Origin: Paramecium tetraurelia
Lineage: Eukaryota
NCBI GenBank assembly: GCA_000165425.1
Contig: CT868664.1
Coordinates: forward strand, 124,001-188,000
Direction of reading: 5' to 3'
Length of the DNA stretch: 64,000 bases
Shown one piece after another: positions 40,322 through 53,752 of the stretch. Under the pieces are notes generated by a model. The model searched no databases, was not told the origin of the DNA, and worked only from the letters and a program-made list of their open reading frames with translations. The position numbers and the translations under genes were made by a program. Each line of letters opens with the position of its first letter. Within the stretch, counting starts at the first letter, position 1.

Positions 40322-41119
40322 TTAATTATTTATTTTAATCAAAAAGGTTTTAATATAAAAGTCTAACTTTAAAACTTTATAGAAATAGGTGTAATCCATA
40401 AATAATCTCTAATAATCTGTTATCAATTGAAGATGTTTAATCTCTATCCTAAAAGTTGAAAATATCTTTACGCCAAATATTATATTATGATTATGTTAAT
40501 TCAATAGTATTATATGGTAAATCTGTTATTTCCATAAATTTATATTGAAAACATCTCCAATAGTAGAATTACATCAAAATTGATAAATGATCAAATATAT
40601 CAATTTAATCTAAAAACCCATAAGCCAACTAATATAATCAAATTAAAAATGGCAAATTTTATAGGAAGAGCCAATTTCTATATAGATCATTAACGTTGCA
40701 TTACTTAATTATTAGTATAATAATTGATAATAATGATAATACTAAATAATTTCTAAATGTATGATAAGATTATAGTAACTGTAAGCCAAATTCCCCAAAT
40801 AAATGAGAGTCTAACTTATAACTATAATTTTCTGAACCATAATATCTCTGATATATTGCAGATATTGGTGTCAGTTGATTCATAAGATGATATTACTAAC
40901 AATAAAAAGAATTATATATCGAATTTGATGATAAGTTTTATTGTAACTGGAATTGGTGATCAATTTCAAGTATTTTAGCAGGGTTAATATAATAAAGAAG
41001 TTAGAGGATTCAAATTTATTTGTCTTTAAATGCAAATAATTCTGACATGCTAATATTGAAAATGGATATTTGTAAATTTAAACTAATTTTAATATATATT
41101 CATGTATCTGTATTCAGAA

Positions 41120-41407
41120 TCAAAATGTTTGACAGCAGGATTCTGCTGGTTCTTCATAATTAGAATTATATTGTTTCCAGTTTTCTACAATAAATACTTA
41201 ATTTAAGTTGGTTGAAATGCGAAGACGCTTTAACTTCGACACATTGTTTTTACCTTATTTTTTCAGTATGCTTTTTAGGTTCTAACTTCTTTAACTTGAG
41301 ATGACCAAATTTTCTTAATTATGTTGTGCTTCTTCTATTTAATCATATTCAGGAGGTATAAGAGATCTCGTTCTAAGGGAATCTATAGCATGTACTTTCT
41401 AAGACAT
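41120..41407 (-). CDS. Small (95 aa) protein with SILK motif, VENWKQYN motif and Cys-containing C-terminus
   Basis: Intronless ORF MSQKVHAIDS...KSILKKQG...KRLRISTNLNQVFIVENWKQYNSNYEEPAESCCQTF ending in TGA. Confidence 0.75.
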
Positions 41408-42434
41408 TGTAGAGTTGAGTATTGAGAATTAGAGAAATGAAAAATATTAAATTTTAATAAAATGAAGGGTATAATTGGTTCTTAAGGCAGCAAAGTCAAT
41501 TTATGAAATAACGCAGAAATGTAAGAAATAGAAGGGAGAGATGATGTGATTGAAGAACTGAAATGTTTATCTCAATTTGAATGTTTGACATTATTTTTAT
41601 AGATGGGAGGATTGGAATACCGTAAATAAATGAATTTAATCAGATATGAAAAGATAATAAGATTTTAACTTAAAAATACTTGATAATCAGAAAGTTATTA
41701 TTACTATTCAATTGCATAAGACATGTTTTCAATAGAGTCTTGAATTTGATGAAGATAATTGAATATTGATTTAGTGATTTTAATGATGGCTTTATTAACT
41801 CTATTGTGGTTGTTTATTTATTAATAACATATGAATTAGTTGAAATAGAGGGTTTGATTTTGAAGAAATTATAAATTTAGATTCTAGTAGATATATGTAT
41901 ATATAAGGAATTAAATTAATAGATTGAATAATTGGCTTTTTGTTTTTCAGTTTTAATTAAATCCCTATTACAAATACTTAAATATTATAAAAATAAACAG
42001 CCTTCTATTGTAAGTATAAATAATAAGGCAAAACTCTATAATAAGATTAACCAAGTTATATTCGAATTTATATTTGATACCTATAATCAGCATATACATT
42101 CAAGGAGCTTAGAATAAGTGAGATTTCCTTTACTAAATATAATTATGTAAATTATTGTTTAGAGAGAAATTTACTTAAGTCGACTTTTTTAATTATAAAT
42201 TTTCTTTTTGGGAATAGGGTATCCTATTTATCAGTTATTTAGGAGAAAGAATATAATAATATAGGATTAAAAATGATTTTAGAAGCTGATATTACAAATT
42301 AACCTATGGCAAAGATTGAAAAAGAAGGGTAATTTAAACAATTAATATAGAGCATATAATTACGATAAGAAACTTTTAAAATTTGTTATTTATACTATTA
42401 TTTAATTATTTATAAAGTGATAAATTAATTAAAA

Positions 42435-43940
42435 ATGCAAAATAAAATATTTGAACCAGCATAAATAGATCTGAGTATAAACCTACGATTTCAATTATAA
42501 TCCAAATTTCTATCCAAAAATAATAAATATATTGAAATTTTGTGTTATGAAAATCTATTGTTCAAGAAGGTAGTTCTGGATACATATCTCTAGTCGTAAA
42601 AATCATTCAAAATGACGAAACTTAACAGTGTTTTAAGATATTAAATCAAACATGAATCCACTTCCATAATTTTGAGGTTGGAAAAGGATGATTGTTTATT
42701 TAAAGAATATTTATTTCTTGATAAGTCCAGTCCTTGGGAATAAAAATTAAAATCTCAAATTCCCTAACTAGACTATTAGACATACTATGAACTTGAGAAG
42801 TTGATAGGAAGTGGAAGTTTCGCATCCGTCTACATAGCTAAAAGGAAAACAGATGGAAATAAATTAGCAATTAAAGCATTTCTTAAGAAAATGCTTATGT
42901 AGAAAGACCCAGACAAATGGAGAGTAATCGATTTAAATTTAATCTTAGGAATCAATTGATAATGAAATCAAAGTCATGAAATCTTTAGATCATCCCAGCT
43001 TATTAAAGTGTTACGATCATTTTGAAAATCGCGCATAATGTTATATAGCAATGGATTGGGCTAGAGGAGGAACTTTAGAATAGGGATTATGCAAATTGGA
43101 AGAGCCTTTGCCATTTCTTACAGTCAAAGTTATTTTCCGATAAATTGTTGAAGCAATAAAATACATGCATTCTCGAGGATATATGCATCGAGATCTAAAG
43201 CCAAGTAATATACTTCTCAAGAGACCCATGCCGTTGAAACAATTCTCACTAATTGCTCAAGCAGATCCTAATATAGTAGTCAGTGATTTTGGAGTAAGCT
43301 CAGAAATAAAGGTTGATATGGATGTTGGAAGATACTGTGGTTCTCCAGGTTTTATGGCTCCAGAAGTTATTCTTTGTGAAAATAACCAAACCTTAACCTA
43401 CAACGAGAAATGTGATATCTTTAGTTTAGGATGCATATTATATAGATTGTAAATTAAGGTTCATATTAAATTGGTAGAATCACCCAAATAAGCCATTATT
43501 TATATGGATATGAATTTCAATGGGCTATGAAATAATAGAAATTTAGAATGCGCGATTTCGACTGGATATAAGATTTAAGAAGAGCTATATTTAAAATAAG
43601 GCATTAACAAAAATATTAAACCAATTTATTATCTAGTGATCCCAAAATAGAGACCTTCTTGCGAAGAAATATTAAATAGCAAGATCCTTACATGTAGAAT
43701 TAGATAATGATGGTTGCCCTCTATTCATCAATTATAAGAAACCAAAAATCCTCTTCAATTTAGTAAATTAAAACCCCTAGACTACCAACAAAATCTGCTA
43801 GCAATTGTAAATTACCATAATTATCTCCAAATCATTTGCATATTAATAACCATAACAATAATCATACTAATAAAAAATCAGGTAATTTCTTATTACCTCC
43901 AATAAATAATAGAGTTAAAACTGAGTAAAGCGAATATTGA
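42435..43940 (+). CDS. Ser/Thr protein kinase (CAMK-group-like)
   Basis: IGSGSFASVY, AIKAF, HRDLKPSNILL, DFG, CGSPGFMAPE and DIFSLGCILY motifs; tiny introns; TGA 43938-43940. Confidence 0.92.
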
Positions 43941-44271
43941 TTCATATTTATACTTAATATTCTATTAATTAATTAGTATAATCAACTTACCTTTCTATTT
44001 TTCAGATATTAATTATTTGTTTATTAATCCTAGAGATAAAGGATAGTGTTCAGGTAAAATATTTTTAAGATTAAATTTGTTTAATTATTCAGAAATTTGT
44101 TGAGTTGAAGTTGGTATATTCGTGTTACCTATTGGAGTAAAAAAAGTAATAGAAAAAGGTCTTTAAGATTCAAAAATTGTAATTGTAAGCACACTCAATA
44201 TTATTTATTATTAACTATTTTGTATTCTTTACAACTACACTCATTGATATTGATATTAACAAATTTAATTA

Positions 44272-44926
44272 ATGGGTGAGATTGTCCCTAATCAACTCTT
44301 CGTCGCTGGATACAGTCGCAGCAAAGTGACTGATGAAAGAGATGTGAAGGAAATCTTCAGAAAATATAGCTCTGTCAAAGAAGTCGCTTACAAAGGCTCG
44401 TACTCTTTCATTGTAATATATCCACCTTATCAGACTTTCAATAGCGAGAATGAAGCTTAAGAAGCACTAAAAGAGACCAATGGAATGACTTATAAAGGTC
44501 AGAAACTCAAGGTTGATATTGTGGATAATCGAAAAAGTCGAAAAACTGGACCTTCTGATAGTGATTTGTGTTTCAAATGCAATAAAGGCGGACATTGGTA
44601 TAAATGTTAATTAATTCTTAACAGGGCTAGAGATTGTCCAAATGGCAGATCACCTCGAAGAAGTAGAAGATATTCAAATTCCAGATCTAGGTAGGTTATT
44701 TATGTAAATATATTCTAGACGTCACAGAAGGAGATCTGATTCTCGTTCATATTCTTCCTAATCTTCCTCAAGATCAAGAAGAAGAAATAGATACTCAAGA
44801 AATAAACACAGACACAGCAGAAGTCCAAAGAGACAAGACAAGCCAAAGAAGAGAAGTATTAGTAGAAAAAGATCACCCTCAGATTCTTAATCATCAAAGA
44901 GAGCTAATTCAGACTCAAAGTCTTGA
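44272..44926 (+). CDS. SR splicing factor with RRM, CCHC zinc knuckle and RS tail (SRSF7/RSZ-like)
   Basis: RRM (LFVAGY...KGSYSFITF), CFKCNKGGHWARDC, Arg/Ser-rich tail; three tiny introns; TGA 44924-44926. Confidence 0.9.
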
Positions 44927-45007
44927 ATAAGAATGGGAAAAACACATTTATTCATCAAAACATTTTATAATTGTAATAGTTAGTTACTCTCCTATGCACA
45001 AAATTAA

Positions 45008-45922
45008 TCACTACAATTTTACACCTTTGATAATACCAGTCTTGATTGCTCCCTCTCCTATGAGAAGTAACAGGACTTAAAAAAATGTCACAATTTACTT
45101 CTTTATGTATTTGTTTTGACTCTTCAATTTGTAGAGTGCTTTTTCGTACTTCAACTTTTTTTTACTCTTGAATTATTAATTCTGTTATCTCTTCTCCTCC
45201 TCATTAAAGTAAGATTCTATGTCTCTCTAGAATTATCATTACCTTTAACTTAACATAGGTAATCTTCCTTGGATCATCCTCTCCTACCTCGTGTAATTTC
45301 TATAACTTTTTAACTTTTAAAATCTCAAGTCTCCCAACCTTTTTCTATTCTCTCTTCTATTTCTTCTTATCCTTAATTCTCTTTAAATTCTCTTCATAAA
45401 ACTCATCCATTCCTCCTTCTTCTAAATGCTTTTCTACATCTTACATAGCCTCTAACATATCTCCAGAGTTTATTGATATTCTTGATTCCTCAGAATCCTA
45501 TTCTTAGTCTCATTTTATAGTGAGTTCTATCTACATCTTCCAATAAAATCTTAATTTTTCAAATCATCTTTCATCTATATCTTTTCTATTATTATTCCTT
45601 TAACTTCTAATGAATATTCATCTATATCAATTATGCATACTTCTAGTAATTCTCACTCACCTCAATTAACTCTTTCAAATAATAAGACTACATTAATTCA
45701 ACTCTTATAATCAAATATATTTTAATTTCAGTTCCTTTTCTTACAATCTTCTTTAATATTTTAATTTTCCTTCTGATCAAAGTTATTTCCTTGGGAATCC
45801 CTTTAAATTCTTGCCAAATCCAAAACATCAGCATCTTCTTCAGCTTATAATTACAATGCTTTTGCTTCCATTTCTTCCTCCAGCTCAGAATCTGAATCTC
45901 CTGACTCTGCACTCCATGACAT
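45008..45922 (-). pseudogene. SAS10: SAS10/UTP3 homolog, apparently frameshifted
   Basis: C-terminus RKITYVKLKNLTL...NSRVKK / KYEKALYKLKS...GEGAIKTGIIKGVKL matches the Sas10 C-terminal motif, but frame changes are needed near 45160 (A8 run), 45590 and 45805. Confidence 0.65.
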
Positions 45923-46014
45923 ATTTAGACTCCACTTAAAATTGAAGATGAGATGTCAGACGTCAATTAAATAATTCATATTTATATATAATAATCAAAG
46001 AGGCTGACGACTTA

Positions 46015-46671
46015 ATGATTACTAATGAAGCTATCAAATATATTTTTGATTTATACCTGGCCGTTCCTATACCTGTAAATTATTTGACTGCCTATCAATA
46101 ATTAATTGAGTAAATGGAAAAGAATAATATATATGCAGATTCAATTAGCAATTCAATAGAAATATTTGTTTAAAATAAACACCCAACAGAGGTATTCTTT
46201 AAATTTATGAATTTCTGTTATGAGAAATATAGAATTTCTAATAGTTCTCATAAACTCTCATTTAAGAATTTGAATTATTCAGACATTAAAAGTAACAAGT
46301 AGATAGACGATTTTTTTAAACTCTGCTTAATCTTTATCTAAGTTCAAAAACATTATAAAAATCATTAAAATGGATAAAAAGTTAATAGAGTTATATTTGA
46401 AAATGTATTCGATGAAAATAACGAAGATTTTATAGGTTTTATAAATAATGTAAATTAAACTTTATAAAATGTATAGAAAGCAGTAATATTAATCTTATGA
46501 TTATGATAGCAATGCTATCAAGATTTTAGTATGACTTATTATTAGTCATCGGATGATGAAATAAGTGATGAAAATCTTGATTAAGAAATATCATAGGAAT
46601 TTGAAATTATAGATTATGAGGATTTGATTAAATATCAATTTACAGAAAAATGGCCACAAAAGAAAATATGA
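46015..46671 (+). CDS. Hypothetical protein with acidic C-terminus
   Basis: Open frame MITNEAIKYIFDLY... with one 27 nt GTA..TAG intron that removes in-frame TGA; ends KWPQKKI then TGA. Confidence 0.6.
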
Positions 46672-48656
46672 AATTATTGATTCCATCAAAGTATGAAAGT
46701 GCCCTACTTGTCAAAAAGTTAGAGCATATTTTTTAGCATAAAATATAAAAATCACAATTCAAACTATAAATAAATTTAATTTTGGTCAACCTTGTAGGAA
46801 ATTTATCCCCTATGACCTCATGGAGCGATGATCTTTCTGAGATGTAATGTTTTCATTTTTTTAAGGCATTAATAATGCTCTTTATATCTTTTTATAGTAA
46901 TTTAGAGATTCATTCATTAAGTTTCTTAGGAGAGGAAACACTATTTATTAAATCAATGTTGAGAAATTCTATTTTTTAAAAGCTATTCTTGGGAACAATA
47001 ATTTCTACTATATATCAAGCAGAGATGATGGCTTTTTACTGGGTTTTATTATACTGGTTGTTATTATGATTCATTATATAAAGAATAATTTGCATCTCTT
47101 GGTTGATGTTTAAATTTGGCTAACTGTTTGACTTCATATAAAGGTTTGAGTCTTTATGATTGTTTGTATTTCTACTTGGTTTTTTTAGGGTTGAGCTTCT
47201 TCCGACTTCTTTTATGGAAACTAAATCCAGGAGGTATATAAAATTTGAATTAAAATATCATTTATATCATCATTTATTATTCGTTTAAATTAATATTACT
47301 GTAATATATTATTAATTGATTATTTGTAAATTTATTGAATCATAAGATCTTATATAGATAGCAATGGGATTATATTCTGTTATCCTAATTAACCAACTTA
47401 ATTTCATTAGATTTATGTTAATTAATGGTTTTAATAATATAATTATCTTATAATTACAAATGAAACCCATAAGTTAATTTCATCTTTTTTTAAGATAATT
47501 AAATTGATAATTTATCTTATGATTATTCACCATCTTAGTCTGATTAATTATTTCTTTTAAATATGAAATATTCATATAATTCAGTGTATTATTCCAAAAT
47601 AAATACTTATAAATTACATTGAAATTCATCATTTTTGAATACATAATCTAAAGGCTTATCTTATAATCAAATTCTAATAATAGTTATTAACCCAGCTGAA
47701 TTAGATAAATAATTTTGTCTTAATTACTTACTCCATTATATTCTTTGGAGTTAACAAAATAAATTATTTTTTTTTTGTGAGTTAGTGATTTACAATTATT
47801 TGCAACTTCATTACTTTGATCCTTTCTTTTGACCGTCCAACATTTCAGCACCATCACCGCCTGATAATTTATTTTAAGTAACTTTATAAAATGCAACAAT
47901 TATATTGTTTATCTTAACTTTTCAGAGAAGTTGCATCCAGGACTATATTATATCAATTCACATTAAATTTATCGCCAAATCCTCTAGTCTATCAAAAATA
48001 GTTGTATATATCGGTTTGAACTTAATCAATATCCCTAAAATATTTGAATATCTAAATACCCATCTCTATTACTTTATATAGACTTAGCAAAAATACCAAA
48101 TCCAAACATTAAAATTCAGCTTTCTTTACTGATCTTAAATTTAGCTTGTTCGTAATAGAATTTAGCCTATGAAAAATTAAAGTATCAATCACTTTATGAT
48201 GATTGTCTCTATCTTTAAAAAATAATTATTTAACATATTATCCACTTGAAGTCACTTTCTACTTATTCCTATTAAATTATCCTTGTCTTATTGTTTCTCT
48301 TTCTATTATAATTCTTAGTCTTTATTCTGAATATCAAAACTCTTAAGAAAACTTTAAGAAATTGCTTCTTTTATTCAGATATTTCTGGATTATCATTATT
48401 GGAATACATTATTACAATATATTAATAATTTATATAAACCCATAAAGAATTAGTGTGATTCTAAGTTATACAAATAATTGTCAGTGGATTTAGATTAGGA
48501 TCATAATCTCTGAGGCAATACTCTAAAACATGGTTATTGTCATCAATATTATGATAAAGAGACGTATGGTTTAACTTGGAAGCTTATACTGATTAATAGT
48601 ATATGCTTTGTTTCAATATACCAATATTATTATTAATTCATTATAATTTTTATCTC

Positions 48657-49777
48657 ATGAGCAAAAATGTTCATCATTCTAAACATTAAAATAACAAAGA
48701 TGTAATAATGATAAATGAGGAAGAAGATGAACCAAAAATGTAGATATACATATCATTAATTTAAGTTTTAAGAAAGTAAAAAATGATAATGAAGATGATT
48801 GTGTAATAAATGTAGATGTTATTCCATGGATGAGTAAGAAGACAATGATGATCAAGCATCCAGTTTTGAGATTGCACAATGAAATAATTGAATTTTTTGA
48901 ATATATCTCACCATCTGATCAAGAACATAAAAGAAGAGTCACTGCTTATATGAGAGTTGAAAAATACTTGTAAGATATAGCCCCAGAAGCTTAAATTGAA
49001 TCATTCGGTAGTTTCAAAACAAGGATGTATTTGCCTAATGCAGATATAGATATGGTAATGATAGAAACATCTTGCACACAAAAATAATTATTTAAAAAGG
49101 TTGCTGCCAAAATGATGAAACAAACTAATAAATTTGAAAATGTTAATTTAATAGCAAATGCTAAAGTACCAATCATTAAGTTTATTGAAGTGGAATCTTA
49201 ATATCATTTCGACTTGTCATTCAATTAATTAGATGGATTAAAGCAAATTGAAGAATTAGAAAAGGCTTTTGAAATATATCCTGAATTGAAATTTCTTTTA
49301 ATGACCTTAAAGTGTGTTCTAAGATAAAGAGATTTAAATGAAACATACAGTGGAGGAGTGGGTTCCTTCTTATTATTCTAGATGATCCTAGCTTTTCTAA
49401 GAGAATATCGTAAAGATTTCTTCTAACATAATAAATAAGATCAAATCAAGAATGTTACTTTGGGAGAATACATGATTAAGTTCCTAGAATTCTATGGAAT
49501 CAAGTTTGATGTATCAAGGAAGAAGATTGTTATGGGTCAAGGAGGAAGAATTGAAAACAAGTCCACATAAGATGACAGATTCTCATTAATCAGTCCATAA
49601 GATCCCGATCATGATGTTGGTCATAGTAGTTATAAGATCAAGGAAATATTTAAGATCTTCTAAAATAGACACAATTTCTTAACCAATTATAATTTTAAGT
49701 CTGGAGAGTCTGTACTTAGATACTTAATTAATCCAACAGATCAGAAGTTTTCATTTCTTAAACCAGCTTAGTTTTGA
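48657..49777 (+). CDS. TRF4: Non-canonical poly(A) polymerase, TRF4/5 (PAPD5/7) family
   Basis: LHNEIIEFFEYISP, FGSFKTRMYLPNADIDMV, AKVPIIKF, RDLNETYSGGVGSF and PQDPDHDVG motifs; one 26 nt intron restores the frame. Confidence 0.92.
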
Positions 49778-50225
49778 AATACATTTACATGTTATTGTTT
49801 AAATACAATCTAAAAACACAAATATATTATAGATATTATTATAATTAGAAAATAGATATTTAAAATTACTCACAATTTTATTATAATTCCAAACTATCAA
49901 TAATAAATTTATCATTATGGATAGACAATTGATATTGTTCAATAATAGTTTGATGAATTCTTTTGTTAAAATATCAAAGCACTAAATTTCTAATGATAAT
50001 TAATATAACTTACTTTTCTTCTTAAATCTGATTTTTAATGTATACTAATTTATTTACATAATTATTGATAGGAATATTTATATATTCTCTTTGATTTTTT
50101 AATTATATATCTATTTATTATAACATACATAATGACCTTTAATTAAATGGCAGAATAATAAAGTATCTAAAAATTGAAATTTAACTAATAAAATATCGAA
50201 TTCGAATTCAATAATATATTTAAAA

Positions 50226-50768
50226 ATGCAATAAGATACTAATAGTGCTTTGGAAATGACTGATGGATAATTGCAATTATAGCCTGTCTAAATTGAAACT
50301 AAATAAGGTAATGCTCCAACGCATATAATTAGTTGTATATACATAATCCATGATTACAACATAGCCTCAACCATACTATCCTCCTCCTCCTCCTCCACCC
50401 TCTAATCCTCAAGTAAATATTGTTGTTTAGACTGCTCCTTGTAAATTTAATTATAATAAATTATAGATTAACCTCCCCCTCCTTAGGAAGTAATAGTAGT
50501 GAATACTTCATTAGGGAATACTGCATTACTTTGTAATCAATCAAGATTTCCAATATTGATGACTTGTCCATACTGTTCAAAGTTGGGGACAACAAGAATT
50601 AACTTCCTACCAGGAGCAGGAACATGGTGTTGTTGTTTCATATTGCTTTTATTTGTATGGGTATGCTTCTGGATTCCTTTTGTGTCTGAAAATTGTCAAG
50701 ATGCGAATCATATGTGTCCAAACTGTGGGTAACTTGTTGGAACATGTCTTTACAAAGTGTGCGGATGA
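50226..50768 (+). CDS. LITAF-domain protein
   Basis: Pro-rich N-terminus, then CPYC...hydrophobic segment...HMCPNC; two tiny introns; TGA 50766-50768. Confidence 0.92.
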
Positions 50769-51221
50769 ATATGATTTAAATGTTATTTGTATTTGTTTCT
50801 ATCAATGCAATCTATGTATCAAATTTTATTTGTATAGTAATATATATAGTGCAGTATTTAATAATTTAGAATATAATAGATTCATAATTTATTTAAGATA
50901 TTCTGATCAAGAGATAAAAGATAATAAATCAAATGATATCACTAATTTAATTTATTAAGTTATTAGGAAATTCAATCTTGATTAATTTGAAGAGTATTGA
51001 GTTTCTCACCAAACAAATTACAACTGAGACAATAATAAATTATTAAAATTCACAACAATATATTGAAAGTTGGAAATAATTATCCAGGTATAGACTTGAA
51101 TATTACAAGACAATTAAATTATTAAGATTTATTGATTTGAACACTTCAGCAAATTTGAATAAATTAAGAATTTATAATATTATCATAATTACATATATTA
51201 TAATCAAATATTTACCTATAA

Positions 51222-53427
51222 ATGAATAGAAGAAAAACAGTCTCAAAGGAAGCTGTAATAGATGTTGAGGATCAAATCAACTAGAAAGAATAGATGTTTG
51301 CAGTATTGGTTTTTATGTTATGATCAGCCTGTCATCTAAGTATACAGAGATAATCTCAATCTAACTGATATATAAGTAGATTCCATTACTAGTATCATGT
51401 AAAATATAGAGATCTTTAAAACTTGGTGTCCAGAATCAAGTACATTGTTTGAGTTCACTCGTTTAATTTGTTAAAATCTATAGTATGAAAGGATTCAAAA
51501 AGAGAATGCAGTATTTCATATAGGTTTATATTTACCACTATTTCAAGGTGAACAAGGAGACAAATTCTATATAATCCTCACTGGGAGAGCAGGTGTATAC
51601 ATTCGTAGATAGCAACAATAAATAGAAGCTGAAGAAAGTGCTATGCTTCCAAAAATCGAAAAAATTCTTGAAAGACTGCAAATTAAAACAATCGATGAAA
51701 TTGAATAAGATCAAAAATTGTCCTTTTATGAAAAACTTATCAAAAAACAATCTAAACCAGTAAAGCAAATAGAAGCAGAACTGTTATTGTTATATGTTGG
51801 TAATTTTGATATGTATTTTACTATTAATGGAATATGTAAATTCTAGTAATTGTCACAAGTACATTCTGGTCTCTATTTTGGAGACATGGCTTTGACAACT
51901 GATAAACCTAGAGCAGCTAGCATTATTGCTGTAACTGATGTCTAAGCTTTATCGCTTAATAAAGCCAATTTCAAAGTATAAATTTGTATCTTAAATATTT
52001 AAAGAAAATCTTTGAGAAGTAGATTAAAACACAATAAGAAAAAATCGATTATTTTCTTAAAATGTTTCCAACTATGACTAAATTCAAAATGAGTAAACTG
52101 ATTATGTATTTCACTTAATACAAATATCCAGTCAATTATACAATCTGGAAATAAAATGATGTTGTCGATGGATTCTTCCTCTTAAAAGATGGAGAAATTC
52201 AACTTTAATAGACTGTTGATTTTAATCCACTTCTTAAATCTGAATAGAATCAAATTATTTTGTCTCCTAAAAAAGAGAAATCCAATCAGAAAGAACTCAT
52301 TACAGTATTAAATTTTATTCAAAATATAGATAGCTCATCTTACAGGTGGATGTTTTGTTGGCGAAACTGATATTTATTTGTAAAACGAAAGAAGAGATTA
52401 CGCTGTCAAAACTATTACCCAGTGCAATGTATTTGTTTTGTAATTAGATAATTATGCAATTGTCAAAAAATCCTTTCCTGAATTTATTATACCTCTCTAA
52501 TCTCTTCAACAAAAAAACATAGCCTTATATCGAAAAAGATTAGACGAAATTGTTTAAACTAAAATATCTAATACTAATCTTAATAAAAAAGAGGAAGTCA
52601 AAAATATTGAAAGAAGATATATCAATGAAATTGAAGTCAAATAAAAAACATAAAACTCAGTCTAAGAACAATCCTCCCCTATTCTCAGGTCCACCTTATA
52701 ACCAAAAATGACTAAATAATAAATGGTTGAATAAAATTTGTCAATTGCAGATTAACATACAAAATCTGATATAGCAACTGGTAAAAATGAAGAATTCAAT
52801 ATGCTCAAAATGGCTGGAGAAAACTTCTAAAAATGTTTGATTATCAGAGTTGAAAAATAATTTGAATAATTTTAGCCTGCAAAACCCAAGTAATTATTTT
52901 AATTTATGTTAAGGAGTAAGACTCCTTATTTTAGTAAACATCAAAAAGACATTAAAGATCTACTTGAATAAATTAGAAGACATCAATTACCTTAAGTTTA
53001 ATAAAAAGAACCAATTGTATTTAATTAACAACAAGAAGAAGATTTACAAAACAATAATCTGCCATTCCTAACCATGACCAAACAATAACTAAGAATTATT
53101 AATCCTTTAATTTAATAAAAAGTGGAAATACTCAAATAATGTCTAAGTCGCCAATCTCATACATCTATTTCGAAATCTAAATCTTTATGTTAAACAACAG
53201 ATCAATTTTATAAAGCTAAAGCATAACAAGGATTTATACTCACTGATACTATCTTTCCTTACAAACCAGTGCATAGTACTAAAAATAGCAATAATTAACA
53301 TTATAGTAATTTTAAAGTTTTCTAGAGAAATAAGACAACACAATAAAGTCAAATATAAAAAAGATCATGTCAAGACATTACAGACACTAATTTTTTTAGT
53401 TCTTAGCCTACAGTCTAATTCACATGA
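51222..53427 (+). CDS. Tandem cyclic-nucleotide-binding-domain protein
   Basis: VFHIGEQGDKFYIILTG, GLYFGDMAL...PRAASIIA, and a second domain GCFVGE...RDYAVKT; multiple tiny introns; TGA 53425-53427. Confidence 0.87.
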
Positions 53428-53752
53428 TCTCCATTTATATTTTAATAAATTAATCAAACGAATTGATAAATTACAATATTCTTAATTAAGCTAATTCAAT
53501 CTTCATCAAGAATTCTTACTTATTTCATTTGGACGCTTAAAAATATGGATTGTTCATAGGTAAAAGATATTAAAATTTAAGAAATCTTCTATATATGTAT
53601 ATATAAACTATTTATCATTACATCTAAAATTTTGAATTATTTATATCAACGCAATTCAAATAGGGTGATCTTTCTATTCTTTATTGTTTTTCTAATATAA
53701 ATTACAAGAATTGGATAAATTAATTTGTTATATATTATAAATAAAAATTGAA

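Noticed and set aside
45145..45170. A AAA AAA slippery heptamer before TGA as a programmed -1 frameshift in SAS10
   Set aside because: Other frame breaks in the same gene make pseudogenisation or assembly error more parsimonious, and no stimulatory structure is evident.
34259..49777. RNA-processing genes (exonuclease, SR protein, SAS10, TRF4) as a functional cluster
   Set aside because: They are interspersed with unrelated genes and there is no evidence of operon-like organisation.
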